64,000 nt of DNA from Paraspadella gotoi (taxonomy: Eukaryota > Animalia > Chaetognatha). A program made the translations under genes and the position numbers. The stretch lies in contig CM119271.1 of the NCBI GenBank assembly GCA_051294375.1, positions 7,203,731 to 7,267,730 on the forward strand, read 5' to 3'. Position 1 is the first letter of the stretch, and each line of letters begins with the position of its first letter. Below are positions 37,401 to 51,241 of the stretch, one piece after another. The notes below the pieces were generated by a model that had not been told where the DNA came from, did not search any database, and saw only the letters and a program-made list of their open reading frames with translations.

Positions 37401-38916
37401 GCAGGTGGCGCTGTTTTTGCAGACGGAGACGCTCAACTCGCACTCGTCGACGTCCACGTCGCAGAAAGTTCCTTCGAAGTTGAGGGAACACTGGCAGGTG
37501 TAGGTGCCGATGCCGTCAACGCAGGTGGCGCCGTTTTTGCACATGTTATTAACGCAGTCGTCGATGTTAATCTCGCAACTGAGAGAGAAAAAGAAGGGAA
37601 GTAGAATTAATACCGATATGGTTTTGTTGAATAGAGGTTTTAAAAACGCGTAAAAACTCTTACAGTTTAATTAAAATGGAGCTGGTAGTTCTAATTCAAA
37701 ACAAAAATATTTGGCTACTACTTTTCGAATAAAATCAATTAAAACAAATCTAAGGAATCAAATCAAAACAAAACCTGTGGCCGGTGAATCCAAAGGGACA
37801 GTCGCATCGGTTAGTTGTTTCGCTGAGCACGACGCACTGACCCCCGTTCTGACAGGGCGACGGCTGGCAGGGAATGTATCGCCTTTCGCAGTCGTGGCCC
37901 GTCCAGTCCTGCTTGCAATGACACCTGTAGGAGCCCCGGGTGTTGTAGCAGGTGCCGCCGTTCTGACAAGGGGCGCCGAGGCACTCGTCGAGGTCCAGCG
38001 CGCAGGTGTCGCCTGAAATAAAAGGGAGAGAGACGATTAGTGAATAGAAATAAAGAAAATTAACAATAACTAACACTAGTTAACCATAACGCGGTAAGCC
38101 TCACCTTCGAGCCCGGGCGGGCAGCGGCATTCGTAAGTGTCGGCGTGAACGATGCAGGTGGATCCTTGACCGATGCAGGGATGAGAGGCGCAGTGATCGG
38201 CCAGTTCACAGTGGTTTCCGTGATACCTGGAGGAGTTTAAAACGATGTTTGAAAGAAATATTTTTAAAAAGCAAATATATAAAACCTGATTATTTTTGGC
38301 TAAACGACTTTCGCGTCTCAACTTTTAATCAAACTCAAGTTTCATTAAACTACATTAATTTTTCGTAATTATTGTATCAATTATTGTATATTATTCTCTC
38401 AAATAAGTTCTAACTGCTTTCTCGATCCCAACTCGTGATACTACTAAACAGCTGAAAACGATAGCATGTCAAGATGGAGGCGAAAAGCGCAAAGTGGCCC
38501 ATTTGCAGAATCGGTCGGAAAAAAAAATCCCAAATTTTCCCCCAAATCCAGAATTTAACGATTAACGATTTCGGGAAAATCTCCCCGACTCCGCCTCCAC
38601 TTTCTTTTTATCGGATTCTCTCTGTCTCTGTCGGTTTCTCTCTCTCTCTCTCCCGCATCGTTTTTAGTTCTTTTTGTAAAAAAAAAAAAGAAAAAAAGTT
38701 TTGTCGTTAAAAAATCTAGTTTCCCATCGCGTGGGAAAATGCGGCCACTTTTCCGCGCCTCTACCGCGTTCCTTGCCGCTAATCCGATCCCCACTCGATA
38801 TTTCTTTCTCTCTCTCTCTCTCTCTCTCTCTTCTCGTCATCATCGCTTCCCTCCCGGGTCTCACACACAATCGACGGAAAGAAAGTGGACGACCTTTCAC
38901 CTAGTCACAAAAACGA

Positions 38917-38954
<38 letters not shown>

Positions 38955-41280
38955 CCGCTCTCTTTGCAAAGAGAAACAAAAAACAATCGGTGTTATGGCA
39001 CAAATTCTTTTTTTTTCCTTTCGAGAAAACATTAAATTTTCCGAAAACAACGAATTCCAGGTGCCGACGATAGAAGTCGCTTCGAACGTGAGAACTGATT
39101 GGAACGGGCAAACATTAAAAAAGATAAACAAAAACAAACTTGGGGGGAAAAACAAAAGGCAATAATTTTCTGAGAAAGGAATCCTCATTAGCTGAGAGAG
39201 AATTCGAACGCCCGACCTTGAGAGAGTGACGTCTCACGCTGCAGTCGATTCCTCACGAAACTGGATCGAAGGCGAAACGAGGGTTCACAATTTCACTTTT
39301 CTCTGTCATTCGAAATGTGAGTCACATCTTTCGATTTACGAAAGTGACCGCAAAAAAGTGTGACTAAACAGATCGACCTAATTCTATATCCAAGACACGC
39401 GACGGGGTTTTGCATCGTGTCCCGAAAAAAGTCACGAATAAATGGCTAATAAAACGCTCGTATAAAAATTTCCCTTCAACCCCACCCTCTTCTCTTCACT
39501 CACCCCAGGGCACAGTCGCATTCGAAGTTTTCCGTGCTGCCGACCAAACGACACGTGGCGCCGTTATGGCACGGGGTGCTGTCGCACGCATTGTCCAGTT
39601 TGATCTCGCAGAGGCTGGCGGTGAAACCTGGGGTGTGAGAGATTGGAGGGAGAGAGAGGTAGAGAGAGGGAGAAAGAGGGGGAGAGAGGGAGAAAGAGGG
39701 GCAGAGATGGAGAGAAGAGAGGTGAAAGAAACAGAAAGAGCGAAAATAGAAGTATGAAAGCGAAGAAGTAGAAAGGAAACGGGAAAGGGGAAAATAAAAT
39801 AAAAAGGATGAGTGAGTTATATCGATTTTTATGCTCAGACCGCGTGCGCCAGAATTAAATTTATATCTACGGTTTGATAGAAATTGTTCCTTTTTTTATA
39901 AATGAAAAAAAAAAATTATTCGATAAACTTGGCCGCGAGAGTAAAAAAACTTTCTCTGTTTTTTGTTTTTATCAAACATTTCTGGCGAAAGATTAATTAT
40001 TGACGATCGAAAATGAAAAACAAACAGAAAAACCGTTTCGCGATTCCGCTGAGTACAAGGAATTAAAGAGATTCTTCAGCGCAGTTGTTTAAGTATATAT
40101 GGAGTTATTTAAATCATGGCGTTCCTTAAATTAAACTTAATGGTACGTAAAACTCAAAGGCAAGGCCTTACATCTCCTAGAAACAACACGATTTGAAGTT
40201 TAACTACTAGGGGGGGGGAAAGGAAAACCAAACAAAATCAAAATAGAGTTCATTTCTTATAAATTAGGACCGAAGAAAAAACACCTGCGAGCTGACGTGG
40301 CGGCATCCCGCGGCTCGGAAAGAAATAAAACTCTTAATAACTAAAAGAGAAACGAAAGGGGAAATCCCGTTCCCGGGCGTGACGGAAAAAAAAAAAGTCA
40401 CCGCTTTCACCTTTCTAATCCTCAACCACCTTTTACCCCCTCGCCCCACAAAAGAAACAGGTGGCAACATCCGCCGGCGCGACGAGTAAAACTTTTAGAT
40501 AACAACTGGCGCAACCTCGATCCCCGCTTAGCCCCGACCCCCCGTCGATTTTTACTTTGCCACGCCCACCGTTTGGCGGCGTCCAACCCCCCCCCCATTC
40601 TCGCTTGATCCCGTTTTATTCCTTTTTCAATTAAAGAAAAAAAAAAAAGTCGTGAGATGAAATCGAAAAAAAATCGATTTTTTCGTTTGTTCGCCTTGAA
40701 AGGATTAAAGGACGGGACCGGGTGGAAGGGAAATGGAGTGATTGGATGATATAAAGTGTTCAAAAGTCCATTGTCCAAAGTCGGGGGAAAGATGGCTCAT
40801 TCATAGAACGAATGGATAATTTTGTGTTTGTCGTTACTGTTTGACACTAATTAGAGGTTAGAAAAGACAGTTTTCCTTTTAGAGAGAAAGAGAGAGAGAG
40901 TGAAAAAAGAGGATTAAGGTTCGAAACAAGGAAGGTGATGTTTTCAATTAGGCAACAGATTTGTTCAGTCAAGAACGACATACAGGTTACAAACTCAACT
41001 GTCAAGGTTAACGACCCCCTGAATTCTTCGAGAAGCCTAAACGTGAGAAAAAGAGCGAGAAAAAGTTGAATGAAAATATCGACAAAGGATCGAAGAAGAA
41101 GAGTGCGAGAGAGAGAGAGCGAACGTAAAAGAGAGGGAGACAGAGTAAGAAAAAGAGTGAGAGAGAGAGAGAGACATTTTCGTTCCGAGGTTTTTATCGG
41201 TGCCCATTTGTAACAGGAACCGAAACCCGAGGAAATGAATCGGCTTAACATTTTTTCCCTTAAGATTGGAAGCCGTTCGG

Positions 41281-41340
<60 letters not shown>

Positions 41341-42726
41341 CGTTCCTGACAGAAGAAGAGGAAGGGACAAACAAGGTTTGTTCCCCCCCTTTGAGAATTG
41401 AAAAAGTGACATTTTGTGGATTTTAGAGGGGGGGGTTGAGTAGGGGGCCTCGGGGAAAAAAAATTGGCCCCAGAGTAGCTCGCCAAGGTGGGCCCGCTTC
41501 TGGATGCTTCCGGTTGCCAATAACCGAGAGAGAGAGAGAGACGCCACGTCAGCCACGTCAAAAGATTTGGAAGCGTAAAAGGTCAGCGACGTCAAAGCCG
41601 AAGTCAATAACGTCAAAGGTCAGTGACGTCAAAAAAAGGCCAAGTCGATAACGTCAAAAATTGATGACGTCAATGTCTGGATTCTCGTCGAAAGGCTGAA
41701 CTTTGAAATCTGACAACGAAAGAAGAAGATTTTGAAAATGGGGGTAAAATGGAAGAGTCGAGAGAACTGACAACGTTTGACACGAATTTGATAAATAGGG
41801 ATAATTTGGCCGATGTCCGAGTATTCGTTGATAATGCCATTGACTTCATTGGTCGAATGATTGCGAAAATAACGTCACCCCAAACTAATAACGTCCGTAA
41901 CCCAATATAACGTCAACCGGGGCACCAAAAAAAACAAAAAAACAACAACAACGACGGCAGAAGTCAATAGCGGCTGCCAAGTTTTTCTTCCAAAAAAACC
42001 ACGTTAACGAAAATGTCGCTTTGCGTCTTACGACGTCACAAACGACTCAACGAACTTGTCTCCCAGGAATTGAGGGTGGGGCGGGGGTGAAAGGGAGAAG
42101 AGGGGAGATTTGGGGGAGAGGGTTAGAGGGAGAGGGAGGGGGAACCAAAGGCGCCTAACATCACTCCACCCTCCAAGGGGAAACTTATAAAACACGATTC
42201 CTAGTTTTACGAAACCTTAAACGGGGTAAAAATACCCCCCCTCTTTCCGAACCTGACTTACCCTCCCCATTTGAGTCGACTTACCCAACGGGCAGATGCA
42301 GCGGAAATCGACCTTGTCCGTCTTGTCGATGGTTCCTTCGCAGGTGGCGCCGTTTCTGCAGGGGTTCTTGTTGGTGCAGGGATTTTCGAATTGGCAATAC
42401 TCTCCTACCCATTGATCGCCGCAGATGCAGTAGCTCTGTTTTGAGGAGAGGGAAAGACGAGGGGTTAATTAAGTTAACCGAATAGTTCAATAAACGCTAA
42501 ATAAAAATCTAATTTGCTTTTTTTTCTCCCCCATGCAAGTTTAAAACGATTAGATTTATTATCTTTAACCGGATTTGTGTTCTTCCCATTTTCGCATATT
42601 CATAGTTATATCTTATGATGAAATCATAGTCCTATGGAGCGACGAATTTGAAATATTTTAACACGGTTATGGACAACTCGGGAGGTCTTACTAAGAATTT
42701 TTTTTTTTCGAACAACTAGATTTCCC

Positions 42727-42775
<49 letters not shown>

Positions 42776-45700
42776 AGCCCCTCGTCAAAAAAAGGATATT
42801 TTCTGCTCTCGACTCTTTTTAAGGATCCTTTGTAGTAGGAGAACAACGTGAATAATCGACGACGACGACGACAACGACGTTGGCGAGACGACAAAGAGCT
42901 CCTTTCACTTTCGCGTCACTTTCAGCTCTCGAAAAAATTAACACTGGAAAATAAATCAAACGCCCCCCCTACTCCCCATTTCGAAAAAAAAAAAAACCTA
43001 ACGAGATAAAACAGAAACGAAAAAAAAAGAAAAAAAAGATTAGAGATAAAAAGCAGACGGATTTCTATTGTTTTTGCGCGGCCAACGAAAGTAAAACGAA
43101 AGGAAAAAAAAAAAAGAAGCAAAAGTAAGCAAAGTAAAAGGAAAAACATTACACATGAATAACAATGAAGGGTGGAGGGGGAGTTGGAGGGGGGGGGGCA
43201 GGAGAACAATCGCCCGCATGAAATGGAATCTTCGGTTTGACGCGAATGAGTTGACGCGGATTCGCGTCCGCGTTTCGGTCCATAGATTTTGAAATGGGAG
43301 GGAAGCCGAGCGCTCGAGGGAAGTGTGCGCTCCATAGAGGGCAGGGTCCCGTCAACGATCCCGCCCCTCGGTCTGGGCCTCTGGCGAGAGAGCGTTGGTG
43401 GTTGAGAGAGAGAAGGGACGACTTTTAACGTCGCTATTCTCTATTTCTCTCTCTCTCTCTCTTTGGCCGGCAGGAGTGAGAATAGGGAGGGTAATTCGAA
43501 AAGAATAGATTCTCACTTTTTCTTCGTCTCGATGATAATAGTCGTCGTTGTCGTCGTCCCTCGTCTCAAAATGGACGCCGGGTGAAAGTGTAAACTCGGC
43601 GAAGTGAAACCGACCAAAGAGAAACGAGGGAGCGAATTTCACGCGCGCGTTTTTTTTTTTTTTTTTCAAACGAGTTTGGTTGAAAAAAAAAAAAAGAGCA
43701 TCCGTCTCCTTTATTCAATCGAGTCCGTTCGACTGGTCCTGACATGATGACTCCTGACTTCTACAATCTTCTTTGTGCTTAATGCACATATATAAGAAAT
43801 GAGGCCTTCAATCGCTTAAATTGTACAATGTACATATCTGGAACAGAAAAAAATGTGTGTTTATTAAAAAATGTCCTTATAATACGACAAAGTTTTAATA
43901 CAACTAACGTCCGTTCCGAATTCGCCACGAAATATGTTTTCTACAAAGCCTTTTTTACCAGGCATACAAGTACTTGAATACTTCGACTGAATAACTTCTC
44001 AACTTTAACTTAATATTTCTCCTCTCGAAGCGATGACGTCCAAAGGCAAAGAAACAAAATGATATAATTAAAGACTTAAAAGACTCAAATCGAATCGACT
44101 GCGATTTTTTCCTCGTGATGACAGGAGCCGATCGAAGCGGAATTTTTTCCAAGGCGGAGTCCGACGCCCGATATCGAAGATAAGCAATTGGACAAGCAAG
44201 CGTGAACGAGCAAATGGAAATCTTGCGGGTCCCACCGAATCGTACCGCTGCGGCTTGTACGCGCGCGTCGAAGCGACACGACTAACCACATCCGTTCGTC
44301 CGACGACGACGACGAAGCGTCGTAAACGGCGACGGGAAGTGGACAACTCGAAAGGGCCTCTTCAAAAAGAAGACACGGAATCTTTCGCCGCGACGCTTAA
44401 TTTATAATCGAGACGTCAGATACGACGAACGACAGAGAGGGGAAAAAAACCCGTCTTAAAAACTCGATCCAGTCCTGTGAGATAGAGACAGAGAGAGAGA
44501 AGAAAGAAAAGAATCCACAGGATTTCCACCACAGTGCCTTCACTGGCTGATTAAGAAGGAAGTTTACAGTCAACTGTAAGGGTTTCAAACTGTAAACTGT
44601 TTCTATCTCCGAATCGCAACCGGAAACGCGAGTTCAGTTTTCCCACGGATCGAAAGACCGGAATCTTCAGATCGTTCGGTTAAAAAAAAAATCCCCGATC
44701 TGCGCGCCGCCGTTTCCCAAGACAGTGAAAAAAAATCGATTCAGTTCTCCCCCGCTGTCAGTCCGCATCGGTTGCTTCCACAGTCGCGGTGAGGAAAAAA
44801 CAAAAACCCCAACCGATCAGGGACAACAATGGGGAACATTGGGGACAAGACCACGAGACTGAGGTCGGCGGGAAAAGGCGAGGCAAGCTTTTTTTTGTTT
44901 TCGCTTCATCGAAGGTTTTGACGGCTTTTCTGCCTGCCCCGAGTTACAATCGGCCTAGGACAAGGAATTTATAAATGAGTCGCTGAACCTTTAAAGAAAA
45001 ACCCGACTTAAATAGATGTAATTATTCGAACGATATCTCATAACAAAATTTCCGAAAAGTGGAAAAAAAAAGCCTTTTACGATCCGAAGGAATCGATTCT
45101 CCACTGTACTTAACAGAAATCCACCACCGAAAAAGCGCATTACGTGTTTTGACTTGCTAATTTGACTTCTAATCATTCCGTCAGGTATTTCGAAAAACAA
45201 ATTTACCCCTTCCAAACGCTGGACTTTTTCTCACAAAGTTTTACCCTAGCGCGAACAAAACTTGCTCGTATCTGTCTGATTAAAGCGTGACTTGAGGGGA
45301 AACCACTTCAAAAATGGTTAAAAACTGGGTTTAGTGGTAACGGATTCGCTCGAGTTGTAAAAACAGTTCAATTTTTCGTTGACAGACGACGAACGCTAAT
45401 ACATCCTTCTTGGATATTCTAATTAGAGGGGTTTTCGTTGATGTTGCCGTCGTTTCGTGATCTGCTCAGAAGTTTTTAGGCTACAAGAATTTTTTATAAA
45501 TATAACATTGGTAGAAATATGTTGTAAAACTGCTAAAGATTACTTTAATACAAAAATTATTTGTCCTAGCAAATAATGCTCTGTAAAAAATTAAATTATT
45601 CCTAACATTTTTAACAAATAAGTTCAGTCTAATAATTTGCATCTTTTGAGCTATCAACGCATGTTACAATGAACATCAAACTGTCACAAAACAGACATCA

Positions 45701-46287
45701 CACGTCGTAGCAGGCACGCACCCGCAGCGCAGTAATCCAGAACTCACCTGGGGCGAAGGTTTCACGCATTCGTGACCGTGGGTGCAGGGATTGGCTGGAG
45801 CAGGAGGGAAAGGCGGCGGCGGGGCGAAGACGAAGGCGCGGCGAAAACGGCTACGAGGAAAAATCCGGTCAAATTCCGGTGAGGATTCGGGCGAAGGAAT
45901 AGACGGACGGAGAAAAGAAGATTGGTCGTCGCGGTTCGGCCGGAGCCAAACGAAGCGACGACGAATCGAGCTTGTTGGAGGATGAGCGACGTTTCGTCAA
46001 CGTCCTTCGGCCGCGTCTCTAGAGGCGCCGCCGAAATGTTCGGGAAGCGGCGTTCATCTTCGATGAGGCGTCCCCGAGAGGCGCTCTCTCAGGCGGGCGT
46101 CGTCGTTTTTGCGAACCCGATGCGGCGTCGTCGACGACCGCGATTCCCTAGCGGCGTCGTTGAGAGAGTTTTCGGGCCCGGGCAGGCGCGAACGATGGCG
46201 CCGGTGGGGAATGGCGAGACGCCGCCGAGGGGGACGCTTGAAGCGGAGTAGAAGAAACGGCTCGGAGGACGCTAGACGGTATTCCAT
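24344..46287 (-). CDS. Notch: Notch receptor, ~30 exons (46287-45748, 42435-42285, 39627-39504, 38226-38105 ... 30250-29961, 29797-29426, 28927-28411, 28172-27810, 27591-27370, 27236-26848, 26720-26598, 26052-24612, 24514-24344)
   Basis: 36 EGF repeats colinear with canonical Notch (EGF12 CSNAATC, long EGF29), LNRs, HD with RRKR, TM helix, RAM (TTWFPEGF), ankyrins ([22 protein letters not shown]), poly-Q, PEST ([24 protein letters not shown]); exon 1 has indels in this copy. Confidence 0.97.
41540..42040. promoter_or_regulatory. Homotypic cluster of CRE/ATF-like sites in Notch intron 2
   Basis: About 10 ACGTCA hexamers on the + strand, including full TGACGTCA at 41624-41631 and 41665-41672. 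Confidence 0.5.
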
Positions 46288-48342
46288 GGCGACGCGTGTG
46301 GGCGAGGAGGCGAGGGAATTAAAATTAAAGCGAACGTTGACTTAGAAAAGAATGGAGAGACGGAGATAGAGAGAGAGACGCGGTGGGGAAGAGAGACAGA
46401 AAGATACTTTCTATCTTTGGAGACAGGAAATTTCGGTGGATGAGGATAGCATCGTTTGAAGACGAGTTCCAAGTCAAGACGCGGCGAATATAAATATTCC
46501 CGTTCGTATTTAAAAAATTTATTTGCGAAATTCGACGAACGTCTTTTTTTGTTTTCCCCGACGTCGAAGAAAACAAAAAATCCGCGGAATCGAAGGCCAC
46601 AACATCCGCGGAACCGAAAATTCTTGTCAGTTAATTTTTTAGATCTTGTTAAAGCGATAGATATTCTCTCACAACGAAAATATACACCTTCGCGACACTC
46701 GAGGTTTTCCACGCGGGGTGGGACGATGCCGAGGTTGCGAGGGGGATGGAAGGGAGGGGGGGTGAGTGAAAAGAGGGGAGGGAACGCGAAGAGGATCACC
46801 ATGGGGCGTCGTGAGGGGGGGAGGGCGTTGGATCGATTGAGGCGCGTGGCGAAAGGATTTCGCGCCGGAAATCAAAAGAGAGGATGAGCGAAAATGGGGG
46901 GGTGGCTCTATGAGCCAGATGATGAGGGGATTAGGAAGCGGAAGAGAATTTCTCTTATTTTCTTTTTTCTTTTCATGTTCTTCCTTTCTTTTTATTTCCG
47001 TTCTTCGCGACGAGAGAGAGAGAGAGCAGAGAGTGGGAGAGAGAGATCGAGTCTTTCAAAGAAAATGATTTTTTTCTTTTCTCGTTCGGAATTTTTTTAT
47101 ATATCTTTTTTCTTTTTTATTTTTCTTATTCTTTTTTTTTGGGTGTCGTTTCGCGTTATTTTGGTGGGTTTAAGTGGGTTTCTTCTTTTTGTTTGTGTGC
47201 AATTGATGTTGCCCGGGAGCGGGGAAGCGGTGAGAGAGAGAGAGCTGAATTTATTTTGTTCGATGACGCAGAAGTCATGTCCGGGGATCTGGTAAAGAGG
47301 GAGAGGAGAGAGTGCGGAATTGATTTTGAGACAGTGTGGGAAAAAAAATATGAGAGGAAAAAAGTAATGTAACATTCGACTGAAGCGCTCTATCTTTTTG
47401 AGTGAAGAGAGAGAGAGAGAGAGAGATGATGAGAGAGATGAGAGAGATTGAGAGAGAGATGAGACAATGAGAGAGAGAGAGAGAAGAAGATTCACTCGGA
47501 ACTACATCAATTAAAAGAGAAAGAAAATTAGGTCGTGCGGGTAAGCGAAGAGATATTAGTCGAAGCCAATCAGTTTTGCAAGTTTTTCTTTCCCCAATTC
47601 GTAATTAAGAACGTGGATCTAGTTAATCACTAATCAGGCGCGAATTAAAATTATTAGTTTTTTTGAGGAGTAATTTTGAGTTTTTTTCGATGATTTTGAG
47701 AAATCAATTTTTTTTTTCCTCCCGAGAATAGAAAGGTGAGGGATTAGATAGGTTAAATAAAAAAGTGAAGATGTGTTCGAAGAAAGAGAGGTAGAAAGTG
47801 ATCAAGAGGAAAAGTGAAGGTAGAAAGCAGTTACGCATTTAAAGAAAAGAAAGAAAAAAAGGAAAGAGAGAGAGAAGAAGTTATAAAACGATAAAGAACC
47901 AGTTTTTTTCCTTTCGCCTGCCGAAGCATAATTTCTTCGATTTTCGAAAACAAATTATATCCAAAGATTTTGTTTTTTTAAAAATTAAATTTTGTTTTAT
48001 ATTTCATTTTTTCTTTTTTTCGGTTCTTTTTTTTTTCAACCGGCGAACAAAGAGCGAACCTCCACGCGAAAAATACTGAACGATTGCTGACCGAAAATAT
48101 GATTTTTACTTCGAGTTCTGGCCAATTTTGGGGGTTTTTTCATCGTTCATAATTTTTTGGCCCAGAGTTCACAGAGAGCGAGAGAGAGGAGAAAGAGGGA
48201 AATATTTTTTTCAGGAGGAAAAAAGTTTTTTGAGCCTTAATTTTTTTTTTGTACGATGAGATAAACTCGGGGCAGACAGAGTGGGAAAAAAAAAAGCCGA
48301 ACTGAGCAGGCCGAAAAACTTCCCAAAAAAGAATCTCTCTCT

Positions 48343-48496
48343 NNNNNNNNNNNNNNNNNNNNNNNNNCGAAAAAAAAAAATCTAACGAGATAAACAGAAA
48401 CGAAAAAAAGAAAAAAAAAGATTAGAGATAAAAAGCAGACGGATTTCTATTGTTTTGCGCGGCCAACGAAANNNNNNNNNNNNNNNNNNNNNNNNN
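48343..48496. other. Two N-gaps flanking a ~100-bp extra copy of Notch intron 1 sequence (~42981-43090)
   Basis: 48369-48471 matches CGAAAAAAAA..CTAACGAGATAAA..GCGCGGCCAACGAA. Confidence 0.85.
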
Positions 48497-51241
48497 AAAA
48501 AAGATGAGAGATATATATAGTGAAAAAGATTTATTGAATGAATTTTTTTTGATATAGAAAATCAAATAATTTAATAATTAAATCTATGAAAGAATTTTAT
48601 AACTTTGAAGTTTTTTTTAGCGATAAATAACATGAATTGTTTTAATTAATTCGTCATGGATGGCTTTTATAGCTACTGGTCAGTTGTATCTTTTCCATTA
48701 TAAGATAAATTTGATAACTTCTTTTTTGTTTAATAATCTGCGACTGCTATTATTCTGTACGTTTTGACAAAATCTAAAAATTACTGATATTAAAACATTA
48801 TTATGGAAACAGACGAAAACTTCTCTTTTTAAATCAGATGCTATTTATTTTGTGCAGTGATATTATATTATCCTTGAACAAATATTAGAAAAGTTTTAAA
48901 CAATCCCAACTAGACATTTTTAAGGCCAAAAGTTAGGTTGTTTATAAAAAAAAAACTGCAAGATGCAAAAACAGTAATGAAACAAAAGTTATTTTTGCTT
49001 GAATATCTTTTGAAAAAAAATAGGAGGCAAGGATGGGTTGGTATCAAATTAAAGCCCTGAATCATGGGAACCATTTCTAGAACAGTTTTGTAAGTTTTAT
49101 CTCATAAATCTTTTACACAGTTTTTAAATTAAATACGAGTGTAAAAGTATAAACAGTTTTTTGGCATTACGAAATTTAATGAAGGGATATAAAATTTTTT
49201 GTTTTCTTTTGTAAATTGAAGAGGATAGTCTGAATTACATTTAATTACCACTAAATTTTGCTCTACTTTTGATAAATTTGCTTTGTATTTTTCAGTTGAC
49301 AAGTAATAAAACAATAGCAAAAATTTGTAGTAGCTTGATAAGATGTATTTTTGAAATATGAAAAATGATAAATAATAAAATGTTTTCAGGCTGGCTAAAT
49401 AATACCAACAGTCTGGACGTTTAACCTTCCTTGTCTGTGAAAAAAAAATTATCATTTTTCAATATCTTTCAACTGCAAAGAAAAAGCTTGATTACTGCTT
49501 GTTTATCATAATAAATTTTAAAAAATTACTTACTGCTGACATATTTGACAAAGCAAGTCCTCCATTGGTCTTGAATTTAACTTAGCTAATTTTCTTTTAA
49601 AAGGGAAGTTAATTCTATTATTTATCATTGCGCATTTTAATTAAGAAAGAAAAATTAGCGAAAAGGGTTCATTGACTGACATTAATGATTGGCATTTTTA
49701 AGGTTTCTTTAACTGCCCCGATGTACCTCGAAGAGCATAAAGGATCATTATTGTCGATGTCACGATGGGAAGCGAGGATTGTTCTCTACGTTTAATGCCT
49801 GATTCTGAATTTTATTTTTTTCCCGCTTTCAAATGTATTAAATTAAAAAAAATTAATTGAGAGAACGATCAGGGACTCGTCGGTCGGCATGGAGGATACC
49901 GGTTGGGGTAAAGACTCTCGGAGTTGCCCCTACTGTCGCCGTCAAAGATTTTTGAAACAACGTTTTTTTTTCATGCTATTCTACGGGACGATAACTGCTA
50001 TACTATGGGTACTATTTACTTTTTTAGTTTTTTAAACATTCTCTTTCGCGTAATCAGAAGAGACGTTTTGCAATGTCAGAAAATTATAGAAAAAAAAAAG
50101 TAAAACGTTTTCAAAAATTTAAAAAAATCTATAGAGGAAGTCTACTATAACTTAACAAATATAACTGATGCTAATAATGTATCAGGACTTTGATGCCCAC
50201 TCCAAATAAATCAAACTGCTTAATATACTCGCTTTTCTTCATATTAAAAAGAGGCTACTGATTAAAGTTTAAAAACCCTACAAAAGGCAAGTCCGAATAT
50301 CAAGATATTTTAAGTACATTTGACAACCTTAAATAATGTCTAGTTGGGAATTGTGTGTAAAATGTTTTAAATTTTGTCAAGGGATGATATTAGTATCAGT
50401 TTTCAAGCACAATTAATCAGCATGTGATTTAAAAAGAAAGTGTTTGTCGTCTGTTTTCAACATAATTTTTAATACCAGTGATTTTTTGATTTATGTCAAA
50501 AGTAATTAGTAGAATATAGGCGAGTCGGTATACTAAAAATCAAAGAAGTTATTCAATATTTTATAATTTGAGGAATGATACAACTGAGTAGTAGCTATTA
50601 AAAGCATCAATGAACAGGATTATAATATAGATTAGTCCTTATTTAATGGCTAAAAAAAAATTCAAAGTTAAAATTTTTTTCATATATTTAATTTATAAAT
50701 TATTTTTTTTCTTTGTCAAAATCATCGACATAATAACTTGACTATATATGTATTTGAAAGGCCTATATAGGTAGGTAGATCCCTTATAATATAAAATTTT
50801 TTTCTTCATCATTTGGCATAGTATATAATTTTTTTTGTTCTAATTTAAATGTATTGTGGAGAAGAAATTAAAATAATATTTTGAAGTAAGATTGGAAAGC
50901 AAGAGTTAATTCTAGCAAATTAAACTATTAAAGATAGAATAATGGTTATGGACGTCAGAACGGAAGTAAAATTGTTTCATAGATTATAGGATGATGCATG
51001 ATATTTGTCATTTTTAACAAAATTTAAACCATTTTTTAAGAAATTTTTTTTATTCTACTTTATTGATTTTGCTATAGCTAATTGTAATATTAATTTATAA
51101 AAGACACTGCTCATTTTAGTGAAGAGAATGTTTGATTAAGCTCTTTTTTTGTGTAGCCCAAAGGTCCGGATAACGTATCCGGGACATCTCATTCTTGTGC
51201 AGATCCATCGGCGATAAATCGATGTAAAAAGGAACCGGGTG

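Noticed and set aside
39190-39260. tRNA/SINE-like GGTCGGGCGTTCGAATTC on the minus strand
   Set aside because: B-box-like motif only; no A-box or cloverleaf could be built
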